64,000 nt of DNA from a phage. Position numbers and translations under genes: made by a program. Location of the stretch: sequence record PX915676.1; one strand, written 5' to 3'. Positions 18,021 through 25,195 of this stretch are shown here, piece by piece (position 1 is the stretch's first letter; each line of letters opens with the position of its first letter). The notes beneath the pieces were generated by a model. That model made no database searches and had not been told where the DNA came from. It worked only from the letters and a program-made list of their open reading frames with translations.

Positions 18021-18554
18021 ATGAGTTTACTAGGAAGTATTGAACTGCATGATGTAATTGACAATGGCTATCTGGATGCGGAGCATAAGTATGTTAACGC
18101 TGCTAGTGTGGATATCCGTATTGGTGATACTATCCTTGTTGAAGAACAGGCTGATGGCATCGTTGATATTGATGCGAAAGAGAATCTTCAGTGGAAGGAA
18201 GTAAAGATTCCTGAAGAGGGTTTGGTTATCACTCCGGGTCAGTTCTTCTTGGCTCACTCTATGGAGGAGTTTAACCTTCCAGATAACATCTCAAGTCTGT
18301 TTGTTCTGCGTTCGTCTATGGCTCGTTGTGGTTTGAACCACCTTCACGCCGGTTGGGCAGATGCAGGATTTAATAGCAGTAAGCTGACATTTGAATTCCA
18401 TAACGTAACCAAGCACCACAGCTTACGAGTTCGTGCTGGTATGCGTGTTGGTCAGATGGTTATGTTTGAGCACTCTCATGCAGGGGAACACTCCTATGCA
18501 GTGAAGGGTCGTTATAATAACTCTGAAGGTGTGGTTGCATCTAAAGGTGTGTAA
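18021..18554 (+). CDS. dcd: dCTP deaminase/dUTPase-superfamily protein
   Basis: ASVDIRIGD and RSSMARCGL motifs typical of dCTP deaminase; AAGGA SD. Confidence 0.6.
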   Translation: MSLLGSIELHDVIDNGYLDAEHKYVNAASVDIRIGDTILVEEQADGIVDIDAKENLQWKEVKIPEEGLVITPGQFFLAHSMEEFNLPDNISSLFVLRSSMARCGLNHLHAGWADAGFNSSKLTFEFHNVTKHHSLRVRAGMRVGQMVMFEHSHAGEHSYAVKGRYNNSEGVVASKGV

Positions 18555-18752
18555 ATGAAAAAGTGGATTGTTCGTGTACATGATAACACGACTGGAGAGT
18601 TAGTAGCTGTAGATTTTGTTAAGACTCGAGAACACGCACGTAGGGTCAAAAATCAATACAAGTCTACTTTTAGACTTAACAAGGTTACAATTGGAAAAGC
18701 TATTGTGAATAGCGAAGGTGCTTTTATTGCCAACAGTAAGGTTTATTATTAA
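18555..18752 (+). CDS. small protein, paralog family B copy 1
   Basis: 65 aa; W-x-[VI]-R, TRE-x-AR and C-terminal SKV-[YH]-Y shared with next two ORFs. Confidence 0.5.
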   Translation: MKKWIVRVHDNTTGELVAVDFVKTREHARRVKNQYKSTFRLNKVTIGKAIVNSEGAFIANSKVYY

Positions 18753-18961
18753 TGAGACCGATCACTATGAGACAATTTTGGTTAGCAAAGATTAAGTGGG
18801 TATCAGGTGGCATGACTATGACTGCACTACCCACTCGCCAACAAGCTCGAGATTTTAAAAAGACTATGCTTACTGGTGACGTGGTCAATAGTATCAGTAT
18901 CCATAAGGCCAAGGAATATTCCTCTGGTCGTGTTTATATCAGCGGAAAGGTACACTACTAA
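18752..18961 (+). CDS. small protein, paralog family B copy 2
   Basis: 69 aa; start overlaps upstream stop (TAATG). Confidence 0.5.
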   Translation: MRPITMRQFWLAKIKWVSGGMTMTALPTRQQARDFKKTMLTGDVVNSISIHKAKEYSSGRVYISGKVHY

Positions 18962-19170
18962 TGAAAAAGATGTGGGCTATTAGAATTGTTTGGGAACGTG
19001 AGCAACACCTAGGCAAAGATAATATCAAACTGTTTGAAACTCGTGAAGAGGCTCGTATTGCTAAGAAGGAGTTGAAGACTCTGATCGGAACTATTAAAAG
19101 TGTTGACATTCATCGCTGGTACGAAGACCCTAGCTCGGGTTCTTTTATGTCTAAAGTAATTTATTACTGA
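18961..19170 (+). CDS. small protein, paralog family B copy 3
   Basis: 69 aa; start overlaps upstream stop (TAATG). Confidence 0.5.
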   Translation: MKKMWAIRIVWEREQHLGKDNIKLFETREEARIAKKELKTLIGTIKSVDIHRWYEDPSSGSFMSKVIYY

Positions 19171-19242
19171 TTGGTAGTAGATATGGTAACTCTCAAATGT
19201 ATATAGAGTACAATAAGAATTTGTATTTTACAGGAGAGAGTT

Positions 19243-19572
19243 ATGTTAGATTTGAGTAAAGTGGCCCCGCCCACTGAAGAGATTACAAAATCCAAGGTGA
19301 TGCAACAGTTTTATCATCGTGATATGCTTGGTCGCTTTATCAAGAATCGTGATGTTGTTGCTTGGTCTATTGGTAATCAGGGATATCTGTTGAAGGTTCT
19401 TCAGGTTACAGGTTCAACTGCTAAGCGAGTTAAGGTGTATGACCCTGAAATGGGGCGTTCTAAGTCAGTAGACCCACAGAACTGCATCGTAATTACCCAG
19501 CAGGTAATGGATAATATTGCACGTAATGTTGCTAACTCAGTTGAACTTGATGGAGAAAACCCAAATGCATAA
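19243..19572 (+). CDS. hypothetical protein
   Basis: GGAGAGAG SD; 109 aa. Confidence 0.45.
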   Translation: MLDLSKVAPPTEEITKSKVMQQFYHRDMLGRFIKNRDVVAWSIGNQGYLLKVLQVTGSTAKRVKVYDPEMGRSKSVDPQNCIVITQQVMDNIARNVANSVELDGENPNA

Positions 19573-20128
19573 GAATGTCTTTGATTTACCTGAGATTGGT
19601 CGTGACAGTTATAGTATGTTAGACCGGTCCGACCTATCAATCTCTCGCCTTGAAACGATGCAAGGTATGATTAGTGGAAACAGCCTAGAACACATCCTGA
19701 GCTGCTTACAAGCTAACATGGAACTCTTGCATATCAAAGCTAAAAACTACCACTGGAACGTCTCTGGTGCAGGATTTCAGGGTGTTCATGGTATGTTTGA
19801 TGAGCTGGAAGATTACGCACGACAGGTAGGAGATCGTATTGCTGAACGTATGCGTTACCACTGTGTTAAAGTGGATGCTACAGCAGCTAACTACCTCTCT
19901 CATTCTTGGTTCTCAGAGGGTAATGCTGATCTAGACATGGACGGTATGCTCTCTGATATGTGCATGACCTTGATGTGTATTATTGAGAAGATGGATGAGT
20001 TTGATGGTGATTTAGCCACCTACCCTGTCGATCAGAGTATGCTTCAAGAAATTAATGAAGGTCTTGGCAAGTATTGCTACTTCGTCAAGAGCAACATGTC
20101 CCATTCAAGTGGTGACGTGTCTTACTAA
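19565..20128 (+). CDS. Dps-like ferritin-fold protein
   Basis: KNYHWNVSGAGFQGVHGMFDELEDYARQVGDRIAER matches the Dps ferroxidase-site region; ATG overlaps upstream stop (ATGCATAA). Confidence 0.65.
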   Translation: MHKNVFDLPEIGRDSYSMLDRSDLSISRLETMQGMISGNSLEHILSCLQANMELLHIKAKNYHWNVSGAGFQGVHGMFDELEDYARQVGDRIAERMRYHCVKVDATAANYLSHSWFSEGNADLDMDGMLSDMCMTLMCIIEKMDEFDGDLATYPVDQSMLQEINEGLGKYCYFVKSNMSHSSGDVSY

Positions 20129-20189
20129 AAACCTCCGCCCTGTCTCCTAACCCGAGGTGGGGCGAACTTATTTATAAGGATATAGATAT

Positions 20190-20369
20190 ATGTTATCAGC
20201 AATCGTATGGGGTATTTGGGCTATCTTTATTGGTGGTGGTATTTATTGGGCTTCTGGTAAGCTTATTGAAGAAACTCCTGATAAGAAAGGTGAGATTCAA
20301 ACAGCATCAACCATCATGGTTATCGTAGCTGTTGTTATCCCATTCCTGCTTCACCTCCTGACTGCATAA
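20190..20369 (+). CDS. small 2-TM membrane protein (holin-like topology, function unknown)
   Basis: 59-aa ORF below the ORF-track length cutoff; AAGGA SD; two hydrophobic helices. Confidence 0.35.
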   Translation: MLSAIVWGIWAIFIGGGIYWASGKLIEETPDKKGEIQTASTIMVIVAVVIPFLLHLLTA

Positions 20370-20377
20370 GGATTTAC

Positions 20378-20653
20378 ATGTCTAAAGTAATTAAGTTTTA
20401 TAGTGATCAGTGTGCTCCATGTAAAGCAATGGCTCCTACCTTTGAGAAGGTTGTTAAGGAGTTTGATGTAGAAGTGGAAGAGATTAACATCCTTGAAGGT
20501 GATGGTCGTGAACAAGCTGTTAAGTATGGTATACGAAGCATCCCTGCTTTTGTTGTGCCTGACCGTAACAGTGGTGCACACTACAGCCTCTCCGGTATGC
20601 AGACTGAAGCAAACCTGAAAGCATTTTTGGACACAGCCCTGAGAAATAAGTAA
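20378..20653 (+). CDS. thioredoxin
   Basis: FYSDQCAPCKAMAP active-site region and GIRSIPAFVV cis-Pro region; 91 aa. Confidence 0.75.
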   Translation: MSKVIKFYSDQCAPCKAMAPTFEKVVKEFDVEVEEINILEGDGREQAVKYGIRSIPAFVVPDRNSGAHYSLSGMQTEANLKAFLDTALRNK

Positions 20654-20668
20654 TAAGGATATTCACGG

Positions 20669-21325
20669 ATGAATGAACAACTACAAGCAACATTAATCGA
20701 AGCTATGGGAAGTGATCGTAGCGTAGTAAACGCAGCTCGAGTTTCCTTTGGCGTAACCCGTGAAGGTGATTTAAATGAACGTGATGAACGTCTCATCAAC
20801 TTCCTCGCACGGGAAAAACACTGTACCCCATTCCGACACCCGCAAGTCAGCTTCCGATGCAAAGCACCTATTGCAATTGCGAGACAGCTGGGCAAGCATC
20901 AGGTTGGATTCTCGTGGAACGAAATGTCCCGGCGGTATAAAGATGGAGCAGTTGAAGTCTTCATCCCTAAAGAGATTTTTGCGAGACCTTCGGACCTCCA
21001 TGCAGGTTCAGGGATTCAACTCATCGACGGAGAGCGAGCTGAAGCATTAATGCTGATTAACGATGCATATGAAGCTTCTCTAGCAGCATATGACAAGTTG
21101 ATTGAATTTATTGCACCAGAGCAAGCTCGATTTGTTCTTCCTCAGGGGATGATCACTGAGTGGGTGTGGACCGGTTCTTTGTATGGCTGGTTTGAGTTGT
21201 GTCGTCAGCGACTCTCCTCTCACGCTCAATATGAAGTTCGAGTGTTTGCTAAATCTGTAGACGAAGAGATGGCTAAGATCTACCCAATCTCGTGGGCAGC
21301 CCTGAAGAAAACTTTGGAGAGTTAA
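20669..21325 (+). CDS. ThyX-like (flavin-dependent thymidylate synthase family) protein, divergent
   Basis: HCTPFRHPQVSFRC...LGKHQVGFSWNEMSRRY aligns to the ThyX core but has KHQ where the RHR of the RHR-x7-8-S motif is expected. Confidence 0.45.
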   Translation: MNEQLQATLIEAMGSDRSVVNAARVSFGVTREGDLNERDERLINFLAREKHCTPFRHPQVSFRCKAPIAIARQLGKHQVGFSWNEMSRRYKDGAVEVFIPKEIFARPSDLHAGSGIQLIDGERAEALMLINDAYEASLAAYDKLIEFIAPEQARFVLPQGMITEWVWTGSLYGWFELCRQRLSSHAQYEVRVFAKSVDEEMAKIYPISWAALKKTLES

Positions 21326-21474
21326 TATTGGAAGAAGATGATGATGATGTGTTCTGCACCAAGTGCGGAATGACAGTGGATGATGCATATGACCCAAGTG
21401 TAGAAATTTGTCCATGTTGCGGGGTATGTGAGTATTGCTGTTCTCATAATCCAGAGGATTAGCAGGAATTTCTG

Positions 21475-21708
21475 ATGAAAATCAAACATATTACAGATAT
21501 TCAGGAGGCATTTAGGATGCTTCCTCGAAGAGAGAAGGATAAGATTAAAAAGCTTATTCAAGTTTATGGTCATACATCTAAAGATGATGTAGACTATATG
21601 CCTTCTACTTTCGTAGAGTGTGGGATTGCTCGCGGTTTCACATTCGACCATAAAGTGTTTCAGCAATTCGTTGACCACTGGAGAAAAGATGGAAAAGAAA
21701 GTCTGTAG
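21475..21708 (+). CDS. hypothetical protein
   Basis: AGGAA SD; 77 aa. Confidence 0.4.
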   Translation: MKIKHITDIQEAFRMLPRREKDKIKKLIQVYGHTSKDDVDYMPSTFVECGIARGFTFDHKVFQQFVDHWRKDGKESL

Positions 21709-21874
21709 CTTCTGTAAGAAAGAGAAACCTATCGCCAACTTCAAACCTAACCCTGTAACTGGTCTGACCCATGTCATGTGCCACTCTTGCAGGATATATC
21801 TTGAAACAAAGCACACTATCAATAGGTTGCACTATTATCACCCAACAACATTCAAATTTAAGGTTGTGAAATGA
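21688..21874 (+). CDS. small zinc-ribbon protein
   Basis: MEKKVCSFCKK...MCHSC, two CxxC pairs; start inside upstream ORF end. Confidence 0.35.
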
Positions 21875-22194
21875 TTGACAGTAATACATTTAGGACTTCA
21901 AATGGAAGTGAAATAAGTCCCGCTGAAGTAATCAATCGGCATAGAAGGCAATTGATCATCCATTCCTACTTGTATTACTGGTTGGATGACCCTATCTGGT
22001 CTGATGATAAATGGCAACAAGTTGCTAATGATCTAGCGGAGCTGCAAGCTCTGTATCCAGAACCTACTGGAGTCTTTGACAACGAGTTTAAAGATTGGGA
22101 TGGTTCTACAGGTATGCATCTCCCACATAACGAAGCTGTTGCTTGTATGGCGACAGCTGTTTACAGACTTCATAAAGAGGTTAACGTCGCATGA
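21871..22194 (+). CDS. hypothetical protein
   Basis: 107 aa ORF, start overlaps upstream stop. Confidence 0.45.
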   Translation: MIDSNTFRTSNGSEISPAEVINRHRRQLIIHSYLYYWLDDPIWSDDKWQQVANDLAELQALYPEPTGVFDNEFKDWDGSTGMHLPHNEAVACMATAVYRLHKEVNVA

Positions 22195-22391
22195 GCGTAG
22201 TTTATGTTCTAGAAAGATACGCTGAAGATCACAGCAGTATTGTTGCCATATTTAAATATGCCCCGGATGTTGAGGATATTTTGAATGTGACTCACTTAAC
22301 TGATGTTGATAAAATCAAAGACCTCATCAGGAATGACAATGCCCACATAGGTGACTCTCTGTGGTCTCTTACTGAATGGACATTGTGGTGA
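22191..22391 (+). CDS. hypothetical protein
   Basis: 66 aa ORF. Confidence 0.4.
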   Translation: MSVVYVLERYAEDHSSIVAIFKYAPDVEDILNVTHLTDVDKIKDLIRNDNAHIGDSLWSLTEWTLW

Positions 22392-22573
22392 AGTGCTCTA
22401 AATGTGAAGGAACAAACCTTCATTTAAGTAACAAGGTTATCAGAGAGCTTGCTAAAGGCTCTCCAACCAAAGGGAAGAACAAACGATTTACTAACGTCAG
22501 GGTTTATACAGCAATCTGTAAAGACTGCTTAACTACTGAGTGTCATTACGAAGAAATTGGAGAGCGTAAATGA
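22376..22573 (+). CDS. small zinc-ribbon protein
   Basis: CSKCEG...CKDCLTTEC. Confidence 0.4.
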   Translation: MDIVVKCSKCEGTNLHLSNKVIRELAKGSPTKGKNKRFTNVRVYTAICKDCLTTECHYEEIGERK

Positions 22574-23307
22574 GTCGTCGTCAATCACGGAAAGAATCAC
22601 GGAAAGACCTTCGTCGGGAAGCACTTGTTACTCGTAAAGGTAAGCGAGAGTATGAAGAGGTTATTTTAGCAAAGCCTGTAGTCCCTCAGAACCAGTTTCA
22701 GTCTGAGCTACTCAATGCTATTAAGACTAAACAAGTTGTGTTCACAGACGCTCCTGCGGGCTGTGGTAAGACCTTTGTAATCACTTCCACGGTTATCGAT
22801 GCACTGAAGAGTGGTAAGATTCAGAAGATCATTCTGAGTCGCCCTTCGGTTGGCATGGGAAACTCTCTTGGGTTACTTCCGGGAGGAATGCGTGAGAAGT
22901 TTGAACCTTACCTGATGCCTATCATTGATGTTATTACTCAGCGATATGGTAAGGGATTCTATGAATGCCAAATCGGAAATGGTAACATTGAATTTGTACC
23001 TCTGGAATATCTCCGTGGTCGTTCTTTCAATGATGCTATTGTTATTGTTGATGAGTTCCAGAACACCACTAAAGATGAAGCCTTCTCGATCATGACTCGA
23101 TTGGGAGAAACCTCTCAGCTGTTCTGCATGGGCGATACTAACCAGCATGATATGCGTGGTCGTGAGAGTGGTCTTACTTGGGCTACTAACTTTATTGATG
23201 AACATGATCTGTATGAGTTTGCTGAGATTGTAGATGGTGAATCAGATGATATTGTTCGTTCTGGTTTCTGTAAGGCGATTGTTAAAGCAATGGAAAAGAA
23301 AGCTTAA
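22570..23307 (+). CDS. phoH: PhoH-like ATPase
   Basis: Walker A DAPAGCGKTF, conserved PhoH block ILSRPSVGMGNSLGLLPGGMREKFEPYLMP, Walker B IVIVDEFQN. Confidence 0.8.
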   Translation: MSRRQSRKESRKDLRREALVTRKGKREYEEVILAKPVVPQNQFQSELLNAIKTKQVVFTDAPAGCGKTFVITSTVIDALKSGKIQKIILSRPSVGMGNSLGLLPGGMREKFEPYLMPIIDVITQRYGKGFYECQIGNGNIEFVPLEYLRGRSFNDAIVIVDEFQNTTKDEAFSIMTRLGETSQLFCMGDTNQHDMRGRESGLTWATNFIDEHDLYEFAEIVDGESDDIVRSGFCKAIVKAMEKKA

Positions 23308-23318
23308 ACAGTAACTTA

Positions 23319-23327
23319 TAATGTATA
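23319..23327 (+). promoter_or_regulatory. TAATGTATA promoter-like motif
   Basis: Exact 9-mer 37 nt upstream of ATG 23364, one of several same-orientation copies. Confidence 0.4.
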
Positions 23328-23363
23328 CTCCTTAGTGTACACTGATATATTAAGGAGTTTTAA

Positions 23364-23678
23364 ATGGCAGATCATGTAGGAAAGAGAGATTATGCACAAG
23401 AAAGACGTACCGCAATTGCCCGTGGTGAGACAGGCGTTGGGAGCAAGAGCGGAGATGCTCAGCGCCACCGTGCACGTCGCATCGTTGAAAAGCGCGATGG
23501 AAAAGCTGCTGTCAGAGGTAAAGATGTTGGACACAAACGAGCTGTCAAGTCTGGAGGCTCTAATGCGTCAAGCAACTTACGTGTTGAATCAGTCAGCTCA
23601 AACCGTTCAAACGGCGGCAAAAGTGGTGATCGAGCTGGAAAAGCAGCTGGAGCACGCAAAGGAGCTTTAAGCTCATAA
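23364..23678 (+). CDS. hypothetical basic Arg/Gly-rich protein (frame ambiguous)
   Basis: TAAGGAG SD 7 nt before ATG; a second long ORF (23392-23670) is open in another frame over the same DNA. Confidence 0.35.
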   Translation: MADHVGKRDYAQERRTAIARGETGVGSKSGDAQRHRARRIVEKRDGKAAVRGKDVGHKRAVKSGGSNASSNLRVESVSSNRSNGGKSGDRAGKAAGARKGALSS

Positions 23679-23688
23679 AGAGGTTATA

Positions 23689-23982
23689 GTGTCAGCAGAA
23701 ACAAAAAGATGTACAATTCACACTTATTGTAAATTCTGTAAAGCAGAGGGTGTAAAAAGAGTTGCAACTTTAATGACCAAGTATTCTCCAAGTAGAGGAT
23801 ATAGGGACCACTATAAGCACTACTCTTGTAGTGATCACTCCCATCTATTAGAAGATACAGACCCGAATAGAACAAGGAGAGAGCATAACATCGACCTGAG
23901 AGCCACTCTCAAGGAAATGAAAAACAACTCTCGAAACAATCATTACACTGAAGCTGACTATCAAACTTGGCTTCGTCTATAG
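23689..23982 (+). CDS. hypothetical Cys/His-rich protein
   Basis: GTG start after AAGAGGT; CTIHTYCKFCK...CSDHSH. Confidence 0.4.
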   Translation: MSAETKRCTIHTYCKFCKAEGVKRVATLMTKYSPSRGYRDHYKHYSCSDHSHLLEDTDPNRTRREHNIDLRATLKEMKNNSRNNHYTEADYQTWLRL

Positions 23983-23986
23983 AACA

Positions 23987-24017
23987 AAGGCTGCCTAATC
24001 GGGTGGCCTTTTCTTTT
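23987..24017 (+). terminator. rho-independent terminator
   Basis: AAGGCTGCC-TAATCG-GGTGGCCTT stem with G-U pairs, followed by TTTTCTTTT. Confidence 0.55.
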
Positions 24018-24052
24018 ATATAAACCAAATTAAAACTTCTTAGGTAATAAAT

Positions 24053-24307
24053 ATGTCTATTGTAAAAATCGTAAATATTTTTGATGTAACCAGAGATGGC
24101 AAGATTGTTAAGTGGACTTTCACTAACCACCACAACAAATCAAACAAGATCATCGAACGGATGATTGAGATTAACCCAAAAACAGCTCGCACTAATGTAA
24201 TCCTTCGTGGTGCTGATGGTAAATTCATTTCTTATAAAAACAAAGACGTAGAAAAATCTTTCCGTGTTGCAGTAGAAAATCTCATCCCATTCCCTAAAGG
24301 AGTTTAA
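24053..24307 (+). CDS. hypothetical protein, paralog family C copy 1
   Basis: 84 aa; shares KTART-V-LR...GKFISY...PFPKG with next ORF. Confidence 0.5.
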   Translation: MSIVKIVNIFDVTRDGKIVKWTFTNHHNKSNKIIERMIEINPKTARTNVILRGADGKFISYKNKDVEKSFRVAVENLIPFPKGV

Positions 24308-24308
24308 T

Positions 24309-24593
24309 ATGAATAAGTTAGCTATGGTTCAAATTCGGGACACATACCCTAACCGCCCGGAGCAGAAACCGCGTACTTGGTCTTATCTGTTGGCTGAAAG
24401 TAAGACTATTGACAAATACGCTGTAGGGGTTGATGCTATTCCAACTAGTATCACATTGCTCCCTCACAAAACAGCCAGAACCCATGTGATGTTACGTGAT
24501 AGCAAAGGTAAGTTTATCTCTTATCGTGATTCACGAATCAATAATGAGATTAAATCTGCTATGGAATTTTTGATGCCATTCCCAAAAGGTTGA
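24309..24593 (+). CDS. hypothetical protein, paralog family C copy 2
   Basis: 94 aa; AGGAG SD. Confidence 0.5.
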   Translation: MNKLAMVQIRDTYPNRPEQKPRTWSYLLAESKTIDKYAVGVDAIPTSITLLPHKTARTHVMLRDSKGKFISYRDSRINNEIKSAMEFLMPFPKG

Positions 24594-24596
24594 GTA

Positions 24597-24755
24597 ATGA
24601 AAGAATATATTTACGTAGGACAGCGCTGGTTCGGTGATGAATGGGAAGGTGGTTACAGCGTTGTGAAAGCTTTTAAGTCTGAAGAAGATGCCAAGTCATG
24701 GGTCTTAAAAGATGACGTCGGTGAGAGAACTTACATTGAAGTAGAGGTGGAGTAG
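24597..24755 (+). CDS. small hypothetical protein
   Basis: 52-aa ORF below track cutoff; ATG overlaps upstream stop. Confidence 0.3.
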   Translation: MKEYIYVGQRWFGDEWEGGYSVVKAFKSEEDAKSWVLKDDVGERTYIEVEVE

Positions 24756-24756
24756 G

Positions 24757-25179
24757 ATGCCATTACCAGCTAGACACCAAAACCGTTTCTTAGTTCTCAA
24801 GTGGGATGATATCGAAATGAATCTCACTGAACATGAACTAGATTTGTTCCATGAATTATTATCAGAGATTCGCTCTGGTATTCCTGAACGTCAGTATGTG
24901 GTTATCAGTGATAAACACCCTCAAGAGTTTGAAGAAGCTTGGGGTATGAAGCTGGCCTACATTCAGAGAGCTATTAGAGAAAGAGAAGAAGTTGCTAATC
25001 AGAGGGTTGTGGCTCATCTGGTACGAGAACAGCCTCGTGAAGCCAGAGCTACACATACACCACCTCCGCCCCCTCCTTGGACAGTTGTCAACGGGACAGT
25101 TAGGGCTTATAGTGATGAAGCAACCATGCTGAATGTAGTAGAAGATAACCAAGCATTTACAGATTTACTTTACCAATAA
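24757..25179 (+). CDS. hypothetical protein
   Basis: GGTGGAG SD; 140 aa; proline run PPPPPPW. Confidence 0.45.
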   Translation: MPLPARHQNRFLVLKWDDIEMNLTEHELDLFHELLSEIRSGIPERQYVVISDKHPQEFEEAWGMKLAYIQRAIREREEVANQRVVAHLVREQPREARATHTPPPPPPWTVVNGTVRAYSDEATMLNVVEDNQAFTDLLYQ

Positions 25180-25195
25180 TTTAAAGGAGTATAAA

